Positions 29,770 to 40,545 are shown, counted from the stretch's first letter. The stretch: DNA of 64,000 nt from a bacterium (GCA_963669175.1 OY769902.1:1568001-1632000); one strand, 5' to 3'. Notes: generated from the letters alone by a model not told the origin. Numbers and translations: made by a program.

Positions 29770-32700
29770 TTACTTCAGCAAAACCGCTTTTCGTGTTGAC
29801 GTAAATCCATCCGCTTCCAGCCGCACGAAATACACCCCGGATGCCAATCCGCTGCCATCCCACTGAAGCGAATGTTGTCCGGTTGTATAATGACGATTCG
29901 CCAGCTCCACCACCTCGCGCCCCAACAGGTCATACACCTTTAATGACACTTTCCCCGCGTTCGCTACCGTAAACCGTACCCGAGTGACCGGGTTGAACGG
30001 GTTGGGGTAGACGTTGGATAGCGACCACTCGAGAGGGAGGAGTTCTTCGGATGGAGAAGAGATGGCTGTGTACGTGTCATACAGGCGCTGGGCGTACAGA
30101 TTAGAGATTTCCGATCTGCCGTCCTGCCAGCAGACAACAAGGCCGCCATGCCCATCCGGCACTGCGTCCATAATTGAATAAGCGGTTTGCATGGAGGTTA
30201 AGCGAAGGCCATTGGTATCCTCGTAATACTCATCGAACGGAAGACCACTTGGTGTAAAATGGCAATAGTTTATATGTCGATGATGACGGAGGTTTACAGG
30301 ATTCAGCGGCCAGACACACCAGAAGTCGCCGCCTCGACATGGAACTAGTGAATAGTCGACATATGCATAAGCGTTCTCCGCCAGTACCAATGGGGTGAGG
30401 GGCACTACTTCACCCTCATCGTAAATTCTTTGTGCAAGAATCGTGTTTGTCGGCTGACCGTCTTCATCAACCTCATACCATGTCAACCAGCACAGAAATC
30501 CATCTGCGGTTGGTCCTGTTTCAAATCGAATGCTTCCTTCCGTAATAAAAGGTCTTCCGGTTGCTTCATACTCAGGCCATATTTTTTCAAAGCCTTCTGT
30601 TACAACCTGCATCCAGACAGGATCATTGGTGTAATAAGTGTCATCCCAGGTAACAATAAGTAGATTTCTTTTCGCAAGGCAACGGACACGATCCGCATCA
30701 ACATCAGTATCAGACTTCAGGCAAATGCTTTGAAGGATTTCACCGGCTGGGGAGGCATATGTTGCGTACAATTCGCCAGTATGTAAATGCGTGATCGCGA
30801 CCAGGGAGCCGTTTTGCAATTTCGTAACGGCCTTTAGTTCCCCCGGTTCGCCAAGTTCAATCCCTTGTGGATGATTATTCCAGGCGGGTGTTCCATCACT
30901 TGTGAAACGCTGTAATTTTGGCTGATACTGAGATCCCCCAAGTGAAACACTGTAAGCCAGGAAGAAACCTCCGTCCCAGGATTGTATACCGATAATCTCC
31001 CCGTCAAGATATACTTGTTGGCTTTCATTCATTGCAACGCCATCATTTCCCCATAACAGTTCACCGTACTCGTTGACTTTTTGAAACCAGAGGCCATACC
31101 CCTGGCTTATGATAATAGCATACCCCAAACTATCCAGAATAAGGTCTCGCGATTTACGGCGACCATAATTATGTGGGTTATCGTAGTCAAATATTGGCAT
31201 ACCATTGTCGCAAAGCCTGGCCTGGCCATTTTCATAATTGATTTTCTGTACGAATGACATAGCATGTGGTGGGCGTTTATCAGTCCAGGTAATCCACATG
31301 CGATGATCAACAGCGTCCCAGGCCATGATTGGGAGATAGGCGCTATCTGAGATACAATCAAGCAATGTGTGAGTAGAACCTGCCATTACGCCGTTGTCCT
31401 GGTCAACAGTGAACACACGTAGCTGACCTGTGACAGAGTCAAAGCTGGCACAGTTGAAGAAATGAATTGTTTCAATGCCTGCCAGACAAGCTGTAGGGTT
31501 TGTATATCTGTGGTTCAGTGAATCCGGGAGTAAAGCAGGTTGGTTTTCAGTTGCCCACAACCGTTCACCATCATTGCTGATGTGATCCATGTGGATTTGG
31601 TAAACATATTCTCTGTCAATGATTTCACTGTAACGCCAGTATGCGAAAAAGCCATTCTCCCGGTCAGGAAAAATGGTAATAGACTTCGCACGATATCCGG
31701 CTTCATCCAGAAGTATTCCTTGTTCGATATCCCAATTGCCATCCCTGTAGTCATCCCAATGCAGCACCGGGCTGGTTCCGCTTCCGCTGACCTTCTGGGC
31801 ATATACATTCATCCGCGTATCCGGAAACTGGATCAGGTAAGCCATCAGGAGTTCGCCGGGATTGCCTGGAACCAGGCCACGAGGGATATAAATATCTTCG
31901 CCGATATTGTCATCGCCCAGGATACCGAACTCTTCCGTGATCCTGAGTGAATCAGGATGGTAACAGGTTTCACCATCGCTGTTGATACGTTGTACATCCA
32001 ACCATTTAGTCATGATTTCGTCATTCATTTCCACCCAGCACAGAAAAGCGCCGTCTTCGCCATCCGGGACAATATCCACAGAGGAACAACGCTCCGGCGT
32101 TTCCAGGGTCAGAAATACATCCGGACCGGGATTCTCACCCCAACGGAAATTGCCATCAGCATCTATACTCTGATACTTCACGATTTCCGGTCGATTTCGG
32201 GCTATTTGGTAGGTGAGCCCGCCTTCGGGAGTGCTACATGCGTCGAAGGTGTATGTATATAGGTCTGTCGTGAAAAGCTGCAGACCATAACGGTCTCCCC
32301 AAAGATAACCGGCATCCGCATCCAGTTTCTGTGCATAATAGGCACGTTCATTACCGTAACCACTTATTTCCCAGACAACAATGAGGCTACCATCAGGGGA
32401 AGGAAAGATATGGTGCAAGAGAACTGTAAGTGTTCCATCGGAATCAATAAGCTCGCATGTCCCATTCGAAAGCGTTGAATTGCCGTTGGTGTCTACCTTC
32501 TGCACACACACACAACCTGGTACGCCGAACTCACTGGGTGGTCGATCCTGTTCGGTCCATACGATCCACCAGGTCTCATTTCCGGCGTAAGCAATCTGTA
32601 CGTCACCCACGTAGGCATCGCAGTTATCATAATTCAGGGGGATTCCCTCTTCCCAGACTCGGCTGCCATTTGCAGCCAGTTTCTGTAACATGATGGTGCT

Positions 32701-32910
32701 GCTGCGATAGTCATACTCTATCCAGGAGACTATCATATTCCCATTTTCATCGCTGACTGTAGCGCTCGCCTGGGGAAGAAATGTGATATATCTACCATCA
32801 CGAACCGGCACACCACTCAGTGGTTCCCAAACACGGTAGTTCTGGGCTTGCAGAAAGACAGGAAGGAAGAAAAGAAAGCAAATAAACGAAATCAGTCGGC
32901 TTCTACTCAT
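29770..32910 (-). CDS. Large secreted beta-repeat protein with T9SS type A-like CTD (paralogue 3)
   Basis: Signal peptide, QNYRVWEPLSGVPVRDG, repeated QK/QR..DG...W motifs, YPNPFN CTD. Confidence 0.85.
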   Translation of the reverse strand: MSRSRLISFICFLFFLPVFLQAQNYRVWEPLSGVPVRDGRYITFLPQASATVSDENGNMIVSWIEYDYRSSTIMLQKLAANGSRVWEEGIPLNYDNCDAYVGDVQIAYAGNETWWIVWTEQDRPPSEFGVPGCVCVQKVDTNGNSTLSNGTCELIDSDGTLTVLLHHIFPSPDGSLIVVWEISGYGNERAYYAQKLDADAGYLWGDRYGLQLFTTDLYTYTFDACSTPEGGLTYQIARNRPEIVKYQSIDADGNFRWGENPGPDVFLTLETPERCSSVDIVPDGEDGAFLCWVEMNDEIMTKWLDVQRINSDGETCYHPDSLRITEEFGILGDDNIGEDIYIPRGLVPGNPGELLMAYLIQFPDTRMNVYAQKVSGSGTSPVLHWDDYRDGNWDIEQGILLDEAGYRAKSITIFPDRENGFFAYWRYSEIIDREYVYQIHMDHISNDGERLWATENQPALLPDSLNHRYTNPTACLAGIETIHFFNCASFDSVTGQLRVFTVDQDNGVMAGSTHTLLDCISDSAYLPIMAWDAVDHRMWITWTDKRPPHAMSFVQKINYENGQARLCDNGMPIFDYDNPHNYGRRKSRDLILDSLGYAIIISQGYGLWFQKVNEYGELLWGNDGVAMNESQQVYLDGEIIGIQSWDGGFFLAYSVSLGGSQYQPKLQRFTSDGTPAWNNHPQGIELGEPGELKAVTKLQNGSLVAITHLHTGELYATYASPAGEILQSICLKSDTDVDADRVRCLAKRNLLIVTWDDTYYTNDPVWMQVVTEGFEKIWPEYEATGRPFITEGSIRFETGPTADGFLCWLTWYEVDEDGQPTNTILAQRIYDEGEVVPLTPLVLAENAYAYVDYSLVPCRGGDFWCVWPLNPVNLRHHRHINYCHFTPSGLPFDEYYEDTNGLRLTSMQTAYSIMDAVPDGHGGLVVCWQDGRSEISNLYAQRLYDTYTAISSPSEELLPLEWSLSNVYPNPFNPVTRVRFTVANAGKVSLKVYDLLGREVVELANRHYTTGQHSLQWDGSGLASGVYFVRLEADGFTSTRKAVLLK

Positions 32911-33007
32911 ATCCGGGCTCCCGGCGTCACAGTATGCAGCATCAACGGTTGTAAATCGCGTTCAATAATATCCTGATTATAGCGAAATTCCGCAATAATC
33001 ATTACCG

Positions 33008-33048
33008 AAAAAAATAAAAAAACCGCCTGACACTACTGTCAGACGGTC
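33008..33048 (-). terminator. Rho-independent terminator of the glutathione peroxidase gene
   Basis: A-run then accgcctgaca-ctac-tgtcagacggt. Confidence 0.7.
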
Positions 33049-33071
33049 ACACATCTCAAATTGGAGTATTT

Positions 33072-33662
33072 CTACTGCAAGGCGGATTCCACCGCTTTTG
33101 TAATATCTTCACCCATCGGCGTCTGCTTTGAACCGAAACGATTGATTACCTGTCCCTCACGATTCAACAGGAATTTGTTGAAATTCCATGAAATATCACC
33201 CGTATAAGGTGACTGTGTGGTCAGATATTGGTACAAGGGATGTATGTCTTTACCCTTGACACTGATCTTTGCCATCATGGGGAAAGTGACGCCGTAATTG
33301 GTCTCGCAGAATGTAGCGATTTCATCATTACTGCCTGGTTCCTGCCCCAGGAAATTGTTTGCCGGGAAGCCGATGACTACCAGACCCCGGTCTTTGTACT
33401 TCTCATACAACTCCTGCAATCCGGCGTACTGTTTGGTGAAACCGCATTTACTGGCCGTATTGACCAGCAAAAGGACCTTGCCATGATAATCCGACAGCTT
33501 CACCATGTTACCATCTATGGTTTCCAAGTCCAGATCCAGGTAATCAATCGGCGATTCCGCTGCGATGGCGTTCATTTTCTTTGCACGACACACCTTGTGG
33601 GCCAAAATACCACCTACACCAAGCATCCCGGCAATAAGGGCGAAACTGGTTATGCGCTTCAT
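33072..33662 (-). CDS. Glutathione peroxidase (Cys type) with N-terminal hydrophobic segment
   Basis: VNTASKCGFT, GFPANNF..QEPG, WNFNKFL. Confidence 0.95.
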   Translation of the reverse strand: MKRITSFALIAGMLGVGGILAHKVCRAKKMNAIAAESPIDYLDLDLETIDGNMVKLSDYHGKVLLLVNTASKCGFTKQYAGLQELYEKYKDRGLVVIGFPANNFLGQEPGSNDEIATFCETNYGVTFPMMAKISVKGKDIHPLYQYLTTQSPYTGDISWNFNKFLLNREGQVINRFGSKQTPMGEDITKAVESALQ

Positions 33663-33765
33663 CAGGCTCTCCTGTTCTCGTTGTGTTGTTAGGATTGTCT
33701 AATTTATAGGTAGCATGGCTTCTTTTCAACTGATATGTGTGGCAAAGTGTATTCTCTCAAGACGC

Positions 33766-33827
33766 TTGGCCCGACTGCTTGCTGTCGGGACTTGTGTTGA
33801 TAACCCGACAGCAAGCAGTCGGGCCAA
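33766..33827. repeat. Perfect 24-bp inverted repeat of two REP-like arms
   Basis: ttggcccgactgcttgctgtcggg ... cccgacagcaagcagtcgggccaa. Confidence 0.85.
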
Positions 33828-33931
33828 ACGTGTTATTATCCTGACATCCTGGCAAAATAGTAGTTCATCCTTTTTATCCTTGTCATCCTTTGCATTCTGT
33901 ACATTCGTGATGAGCTGGTGTGAAGGGAAGA

Positions 33932-33958
33932 GAAAACCCGGGTAAAAAACCCGGGTTG
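33932..33958 (-). terminator. Probable terminator after metG
   Basis: aaaacccggg-taaaaaa-cccgggtt. Confidence 0.5.
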
Positions 33959-34017
33959 GAAGATGTAAAATAATGAAAGTATCTCGTGTATCAAGCCATA
34001 TGCGTTGAACCATCAGG

Positions 34018-35931
34018 TCAGGATACGCGCTGTCCCGGCTTCATCTCACCGTCCGGTGTGAGCAAGCGAAGTGTATCACCATCACGCACTGCCAGCAGCA
34101 TGCCGTGGCTTTCCACCCCACGTATCTTCGCTGGTTGCAGGTTCGCCACCACGACAATCGTCTTACCGATCATCTCTTCCGGTTTGTAATGCTGCGCCAC
34201 ACCTGCGATGAGCTGCCGTTTTTCGGAACCAAGATCAATCTGCAACCGAAGCAGTTTATCTGTCTTGGGTACAACCTCTGCTTCCAGCACTACCGCAGTG
34301 CGCAAATCAACCTGTTTGAACTGGTCGAAGCTGATCAGGCCGTCATCGGATTTCTTTTCGGACTTCGGTGTCTTCTTTTCTGCCGCAGGCTGTTCCTGGT
34401 CCTGTTTCTTTTCCTTCTTGATATCAAGTCTTGGAAAGATGGGGTCGCCATGCTCGATAATCAGTCCTGCCAGGCGATCACCCCAGGCCGCATCATGCCA
34501 GTCGTAGGGCTCTGTTTTGTTCCAGCCGATACGTTCCGCCAGCTCACGAGTCTTACCCGGCATCATTGGGCTGAGCAGCAGGGTTGCAATACGAATGCCT
34601 TCCAACGCTACGGCAAGCACCTGCCCGGTCGCTTCGGGATCGGTTTTACCCAGTTTCCAGGGTTCGGCGGCGGTGAAGTAGCGGTTGATCGCACGGACAA
34701 ACTGAAGCGTTTCCTCAATAGCGGCATGAATTTGCAGGTCTGTGACAAGCTTCTTTACCTGCACTGAAACCTGGTGACCAAGTTCAATAATCTCGTTCTC
34801 ATCCGAGTAATCGATTTCCGGTATCTTGCCGTCGAAGAACTGTACCATCAGCTTGGTAACACGATTGACCAGGTTGCCGAGGTCATTAGCGAGATCTGAA
34901 TTTACCCTGCGCACGAATGCTTCTTCACTGAACGAAGCATCCTGGCCGATGACCATTTCCCGCATCAACACATAGCGGAACCGTTCAGGGCCGTAGATTT
35001 CCAGAAGATCCAACGGACGGACCACATTTCCGGCGCTCTTGGACATCTTGGCGTCGCCATACAACCACCACCCGTGAGCCAGGATATGTTTCGGCGGTTC
35101 CAGCCCGGCAGCGTGCAGCATGGTGGGCCAGTACACCGCATGAGTAGTCAGAATATCCTTGCCGATCAGGTGATAGTCTGCTGGCCATTCCGGGGACTTT
35201 CCTTCTGGTGGAGTGACTGTCGCCGAATAGTAGTTCAGCAGGGCGTCAAACCAGACGTAGGTGACATAATCATCATCCCACGGCAACGGAATTCCCCAGC
35301 TCAGGCGGCTCTTGGGACGACTGATACAGAGGTCATTCAACGGTTGACGCAGGAATCCGAGAACTTCGTTCAGGCGGAATTCCGGAACGACTGCATCACG
35401 GTTGGTCTCGTAATGGTTGATCAGCCATTCCTGGTAATTGGACATCCGGAAGAAATAGTTGACTTCCTTGATCTTCTCAACGGGACGTCCCCCGATGGGA
35501 TCTTTACCGTCAACAAGGTCTTTCTCGGTGAAAAATTGTTCTTCAAATACGGAATACCAGCCTTCGTATTCCTTCTTGTAGATGTCGCCCTTTTCCCAGA
35601 GTAGCTGAAGGATATCGACGACGACTTTTTCGTGACGAGGTTCGGTTGTACGGATAAAATCATCGTACTCGATGCCGAGTTTATCCCAGACATCGACAAA
35701 CCGTTTCGAGGTCTCATCGCAGTGCTCCAGCGGGGTGCGTCCCAGCTTCTTGGCTGCGTCGGCAACCTTCTGGCCGTGCTCGTCGGTTCCGGTCAGGAAA
35801 TGAGTCTGATCGCCGAATAAACGATGATATCGGACAAGGACATCCGCTAAAACAGTCGTGTAAGCGTGCCCGATGTGGGGCTCGTCATTAACGTAGTAAA
35901 GCGGTGTCGTAAGGTAAAACTTGCTGCCCAT
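34018..35931 (-). CDS. metG: Methionine--tRNA ligase with C-terminal tRNA-binding domain
   Basis: HIGH, GTDEHG, YVWFDAL, IGKDI, KMSKS; C-terminal EMAP/Trbp111-like domain. Confidence 0.97.
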   Translation of the reverse strand: MGSKFYLTTPLYYVNDEPHIGHAYTTVLADVLVRYHRLFGDQTHFLTGTDEHGQKVADAAKKLGRTPLEHCDETSKRFVDVWDKLGIEYDDFIRTTEPRHEKVVVDILQLLWEKGDIYKKEYEGWYSVFEEQFFTEKDLVDGKDPIGGRPVEKIKEVNYFFRMSNYQEWLINHYETNRDAVVPEFRLNEVLGFLRQPLNDLCISRPKSRLSWGIPLPWDDDYVTYVWFDALLNYYSATVTPPEGKSPEWPADYHLIGKDILTTHAVYWPTMLHAAGLEPPKHILAHGWWLYGDAKMSKSAGNVVRPLDLLEIYGPERFRYVLMREMVIGQDASFSEEAFVRRVNSDLANDLGNLVNRVTKLMVQFFDGKIPEIDYSDENEIIELGHQVSVQVKKLVTDLQIHAAIEETLQFVRAINRYFTAAEPWKLGKTDPEATGQVLAVALEGIRIATLLLSPMMPGKTRELAERIGWNKTEPYDWHDAAWGDRLAGLIIEHGDPIFPRLDIKKEKKQDQEQPAAEKKTPKSEKKSDDGLISFDQFKQVDLRTAVVLEAEVVPKTDKLLRLQIDLGSEKRQLIAGVAQHYKPEEMIGKTIVVVANLQPAKIRGVESHGMLLAVRDGDTLRLLTPDGEMKPGQRVS

Positions 35932-35965
35932 GATCTATCTCTTGGTTGAATGAATCTGCTACCAG

Positions 35966-37372
35966 TTACTCTTTCTTCTCACCCTTGTTCTTCTTGGGTG
36001 CGGTTGAGCGTTTGGGCCCATGGCTGCTGCGTCCCGACAGCTTCTTTCTTCCTGCAGGCGCGGAAGCCGGACGTGGTTTCATCGCCCGTTGTTTTCTGCG
36101 TTGTACAGGCTGGCTCCCGTCCTCTGTTGGCTTGGCATCTGTCGGTTTCTCAGCGCGCGCGCGCCTTGGCGGTTTGTTATGGGCACTGCTCCTGTGCTTG
36201 GGATGTCCCTTTTCCGCAGGTTTGGACGCTGGCTTGTCCGGTTTGACCATTTCCGATGGTTTGCTGATCGGTACAGCTTCCACCAACACAACCGGGGTTG
36301 ACGGCGGAGGTCTATGCCCTTTTTCCATAGCCGGTTTTCCCGGTTTGGACGCCGGTTTGCGCTGGCCATTGCTGACCGGCTTTGACGCTCGCTGGACAAC
36401 AGCTTTTTGAGAACCGGGCTTTGCCGGGCCCGTTTTCAGCTTCTCACCCCTGGCTTCTACATCCGTATCCGGTCCCGATGTGGCTACCAGTACGCTACTG
36501 GTATAATCAGGATCGTCTTTCAACTTCAGTGGCGCCTTCGGCTCGCTTTTCTCCGGGTCCCAGTCGCTTAGCTCACGCAATTGTTCCGGGCTGAACTGAC
36601 TGGCTTTCCCATCTTCCCAGCGGATGCAGGCGGCGCATTTACACATATCGATTTTCTCGATATAGCCCCTGCGATGCGGCGATTGTACTTTCGTGTCCGC
36701 CTTGGGGAGCACCTGGTTGACCATGCGGTACTGCTCGACCTCGTAACGCAGGCAACAACGCAGCCTTCCGCACAAACCGGTGTTCTTCTGCGGATTCAGG
36801 AGCAAACCCTGCTCTTTGACCATGTTGGTGGTTACCGGGTCAAAGGTGCGAATCCAGGATTCGCAGCAGAGCTCACGTCCGCAGATGCCGATTCCACCCA
36901 AGCGCTTTGATTCGTCACGAGCGCCGATTTGACGAAGGTCAATGCGGGTTTTGAAATGCTGCGCGAGTTCCTTGACCAGGGAACGGAAATCAACACGTCC
37001 ATCGGCCGTGAAGTAAAACGTCAGTTTTTTGCAGTCAAGCTGGTACTCAGCATCGACCAGCTTCATGATCAATTCATGACGTTTTACCGCGTCGAGGAAA
37101 AAATCCCTGGCTTCTTTTTCTTTTTGTTTATTTTCACTGCGAAGTTGCAGATCGGCATCGTTGGCGCGGCGCAGGATCGGTTCCGGCTCTTCTTCGCCCA
37201 GTTCCGTAGTCAGCCGTTCTTCCCAATCCGTACCGATCAGACTGACTCGCCCGAGGTCTTCGCCACGGTCTGCGCGCACCACAACCCATTCTTCTCGCTT
37301 CAGGGGAAACTCCTGGGGATTGGTATAAATCCCTTTTCGGTGTCCCTTGAAATCTACTTCTATTAAAGACAT
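35966..37372 (-). CDS. ricT: PSP1/RicT (YaaT) family protein with long basic C-terminal extension
   Basis: FYFTADGRVDFR, RQIGARDE, GICGRELCC, GLCGRLRCCLRYE. Confidence 0.9.
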   Translation of the reverse strand: MSLIEVDFKGHRKGIYTNPQEFPLKREEWVVVRADRGEDLGRVSLIGTDWEERLTTELGEEEPEPILRRANDADLQLRSENKQKEKEARDFFLDAVKRHELIMKLVDAEYQLDCKKLTFYFTADGRVDFRSLVKELAQHFKTRIDLRQIGARDESKRLGGIGICGRELCCESWIRTFDPVTTNMVKEQGLLLNPQKNTGLCGRLRCCLRYEVEQYRMVNQVLPKADTKVQSPHRRGYIEKIDMCKCAACIRWEDGKASQFSPEQLRELSDWDPEKSEPKAPLKLKDDPDYTSSVLVATSGPDTDVEARGEKLKTGPAKPGSQKAVVQRASKPVSNGQRKPASKPGKPAMEKGHRPPPSTPVVLVEAVPISKPSEMVKPDKPASKPAEKGHPKHRSSAHNKPPRRARAEKPTDAKPTEDGSQPVQRRKQRAMKPRPASAPAGRKKLSGRSSHGPKRSTAPKKNKGEKKE

Positions 37373-37390
37373 GTATTCTCCAAGTCCAGC

Positions 37391-38563
37391 TTACGAGGCG
37401 CTTTGTGGCTGAGTTGTGAAAAGGATTCTTCTCAAATCCTGGAACAGGCCAAACATGACCAGTCCGGGTTGCACACGTCCTTCCAGGTCCAATCGCGCCT
37501 CATCTACGGCCTCCAGGGCCGCAGCAATATCCCGGTCACGACAAAAGGAAGCGAATCGCCGCATGGCGTCACTTGTCGATTCCGGCCATTCGTTTTCGGG
37601 AATCGCATCCAGACGTTGCACATCACGCAGCCAGTGACTCATGAGCACCAGCGTAGCGCCGAGATTCTCCATCTCGGAAGCGGCGGTCAGACGGTCCACT
37701 TCAACATCCAACTTGCCCGGATCACCGGCGACAAGGATACGGAAGAGGATGACAACCTTTTCCTGTTGCGCTGCCGGGTCGCCATACGCCCACTCACGCG
37801 CCTTGTTCCACGACCCGCCTGCGAGACGAGCTGCTGCGGCTGCCTGAGCTGCATCGACCTGCTCACGTCGGACCAGTTCATCACGAACCAACTCGACCGG
37901 TAACGGTGCAAACCGGTACGTCTGGCAACGTGAGACAATCGTCGATAAAAGTCGGGATTCCCGTGAAGAGGTTAATATAAACAATGCTCTCGGCGGTGGC
38001 TCCTCGAGAAGCTTTAAAAAAGAGTTCGCTGCCTCGACTCGCAGCCGGTCCGCCTGGCTGATGATAACCACACGCCAGCGTCCACTAAAGGAAGTCATGC
38101 TGAATTCACGGCGTAGCGCGCGAATGTGCTCCACCATGATCTCCTGACCACCGGTAAGGTCCAGCGGGTGGTAATAGTCGTTCCGTTTCTCAAGCAGCAG
38201 TTCTTCTATCTTTTTCTGCTGCGTGTCGGTATAGCTGACCTGGGCATCCTCGTCGTTGCCTTCCTTCGGCTTGGGCATGGGGAAGAGGACAGTCAGGTTG
38301 GGATGAGCAAGCTTTCTGCTCTGCACACAATTGTCGCATTCTTCGCAGGGCAGCGACCGCTCTGGCCTGGCTTCTTCCCGGGGCATATGGCTGCATAACA
38401 GCGCACGTGCCAGGTCAAAGGCAGCCGCTTCCTTGCCAGTCCCGGACGGGCCAATGAACAAGAGGGCATGAGCCATGCGTCCGGATAACGTAGAACGGCT
38501 TAACGCGTTCAGGATACGTTCCTGACCGATCACATGGGGAAAGTTTATCGTAGACTCACTCAT
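37391..38563 (-). CDS. holB: DNA polymerase III subunit delta'
   Basis: HALLFIGPSGTGK, C..PC.EC..C, AANSFLKLLEEPP, TIVSRC; upstream of ricT and metG. Confidence 0.92.
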   Translation of the reverse strand: MSESTINFPHVIGQERILNALSRSTLSGRMAHALLFIGPSGTGKEAAAFDLARALLCSHMPREEARPERSLPCEECDNCVQSRKLAHPNLTVLFPMPKPKEGNDEDAQVSYTDTQQKKIEELLLEKRNDYYHPLDLTGGQEIMVEHIRALRREFSMTSFSGRWRVVIISQADRLRVEAANSFLKLLEEPPPRALFILTSSRESRLLSTIVSRCQTYRFAPLPVELVRDELVRREQVDAAQAAAAARLAGGSWNKAREWAYGDPAAQQEKVVILFRILVAGDPGKLDVEVDRLTAASEMENLGATLVLMSHWLRDVQRLDAIPENEWPESTSDAMRRFASFCRDRDIAAALEAVDEARLDLEGRVQPGLVMFGLFQDLRRILFTTQPQSAS

Positions 38564-38686
38564 CGTATTTTAAACCTTAATGCGCTTCTCAGTGCGTTCC
38601 AGTATAACTATGCAGTATCGCTTATTATTCGTGCCAAGTCAACCTGTGAAAAAAATGGCATTTCGATTCAAATGTCTCTACAGAAC

Positions 38687-39005
38687 TTTGGCCCCGCCGG
38701 CTTGTCCGGCGGTGGTTTATTCTAATCAGGAGATAAGTACCACCTTCAGCAGTAGTCTATTTTCAGAACAGTACTTGAGAATAACACAGCACTACCGATG
38801 GACTGACGGCTTGACTTTAATTATCACTTCCGATGGACTAATCGCTTGACTTTAATTAAAATAGACCACCGCCGGGCAAGCCGGCGGGGCCAATAGATTA
38901 TCTCGTCGAATTCCGAGATCCCCGTTCAAGCCGGGGATGACATATTGTTCAGGCATCCGTCTTCGCTTCTACACGCTTCAAGCTGGCGGGGCCAAATAGA
39001 TTATC
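38687..39005. repeat. Inverted REP-like pair with an internal direct repeat
   Basis: ttggccccgccggcttgtccggcggtggt is inverted at ~38864-38893; ccgatggact....gcttgactttaatta occurs twice (38795, 38830); partial third arm at ~38980. Confidence 0.75.
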
Positions 39006-39028
39006 GGGAGATCCCTGTAAATAGAACT

Positions 39029-40339
39029 CTACCCGGCCAGCCAGTTCAGGGGATCTTCTTTCTGCCGTTGCCGCCAGACCTGGAAATGGACTCGTGATTG
39101 TCCGGCGAGCCGTTCCGGAGCAACAGCGCCCAGCACACGTCCCGCCTCAACTTCTTCGCCTTCACTAACCATCAGGTCACCTAGGTGAGCGTAAACCGTG
39201 TAGAAGCCATCGCCATGATCAATCAGCATCGTCGTGCCGAACCCACGCAGATAGGTGATCCGGGTACACACGCCCGCCTGCACTGCGATCACTTCCGCGC
39301 CTTCATCGGCGGCAATGTCGATACCCGGATTCTCTGTGACAGTGCCCGTAACCGCATTTGTCTGCATTCCAAAGCGGCTGAGTACCCGACCTTTCACCGG
39401 CCAGGGCAGACGTCCTTTGGCCTGCTCGAATCGTTCAAAGGTCGGCACCCTGTGGACGACTACTTCAGCGGAAGCGTGGGGGCGAACATGGATTTCCTGC
39501 ACCTCGCCGCCGGAGCGTTGACGTTCAAGGCTGGTGATCCATTCTTCCACCTGTTCCAGCGATGCTTTCCGGTCAGCCAGCATCTGGGCGACACTTTCAC
39601 GATCCTGCTGTACATCCTGAAGCATGGCAGATATCTGTTTCCGATCCCCGTTCAACTGCTGCTGTTCCTGCCGTGTCTCCGAAGCCAGTTGTTCGGAACG
39701 CTGCAAGGATTGTCGTTTATTCTCGAGGGCGCGATTCATGTCACGTTCGGTCTGGGCCAGGTCTTTCGCCGCACGGTCCTGCCGTTGACGTGCGTCTCGA
39801 AGACGTTCCAGGTTTTTCTGGTCGTTGTCCTGGATACGGTTGACATAAATTCGCCGCCGAAACAGATCGCCCGGATTATCCGCCGCCATCAGGAAACGTA
39901 ATGACGCACGTGCGCCATGCTTATACACATACACCGCACGCCTGCTGATCAGGTCTTCCAGCCCGGCAACCTCATCGGTTAGCTCGGCCAGTTTTCCCTG
40001 GGCGATGCGTTTACGTCTGCCTGCATCATCCGCTTCACGGCTGTATCGCTGGACGGCGCGTTTCTCTTCAGCTACCTGGGTCTCCAGTTCGCTGATGAGC
40101 TGCAAACGTGTGGCGATCTGCTGGTCGAGGGTGCCGATCCGGTTGTTGAGGTTGCGTTCACTGGCCTGGATCTCTGCCAGCACGGTGGCGAGGCTGTCGA
40201 TTTCACCACGGAGCCGTTGCAGTCGTTCACGCGGGCTTTCTGTCGCATGCACCACAAGAATCGACAGGGCGAGCACTACCAGCAGGGGAAAGCCCTGTAG
40301 TAGAAATCTGCTGCGTATGCCGAACCGTGACCCGATCAC
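39029..40339 (-). CDS. Murein hydrolase activator EnvC / M23 peptidase family protein
   Basis: Long coiled coil, KGRLPWPVKG, degenerate NPGIDI, YAHL, HFQV. Confidence 0.88.
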   Translation of the reverse strand: MIGSRFGIRSRFLLQGFPLLVVLALSILVVHATESPRERLQRLRGEIDSLATVLAEIQASERNLNNRIGTLDQQIATRLQLISELETQVAEEKRAVQRYSREADDAGRRKRIAQGKLAELTDEVAGLEDLISRRAVYVYKHGARASLRFLMAADNPGDLFRRRIYVNRIQDNDQKNLERLRDARQRQDRAAKDLAQTERDMNRALENKRQSLQRSEQLASETRQEQQQLNGDRKQISAMLQDVQQDRESVAQMLADRKASLEQVEEWITSLERQRSGGEVQEIHVRPHASAEVVVHRVPTFERFEQAKGRLPWPVKGRVLSRFGMQTNAVTGTVTENPGIDIAADEGAEVIAVQAGVCTRITYLRGFGTTMLIDHGDGFYTVYAHLGDLMVSEGEEVEAGRVLGAVAPERLAGQSRVHFQVWRQRQKEDPLNWLAG

Positions 40340-40545
40340 AACTTCTCCCGTATGATCACCTTTCCTCTACCGAATCCGAAAAGTAGGTGTCCAGATAATT
40401 GACTGCAAGGTGAACCTCCACTTTTTGCGTGTACAAAGCCATTGTATATTAAAAAAAGGGTTGTTCTTGAAGGTGTGGTTCTGCAAAGGAAGTAATACAA
40501 GAACTACCGTGATCTCCCGGAACAGGCAAAGAAGGAGTTGATCCG

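Noticed and set aside
33072-33662. Selenoprotein glutathione peroxidase
   Set aside because: The active-site codon is TGC (Cys).
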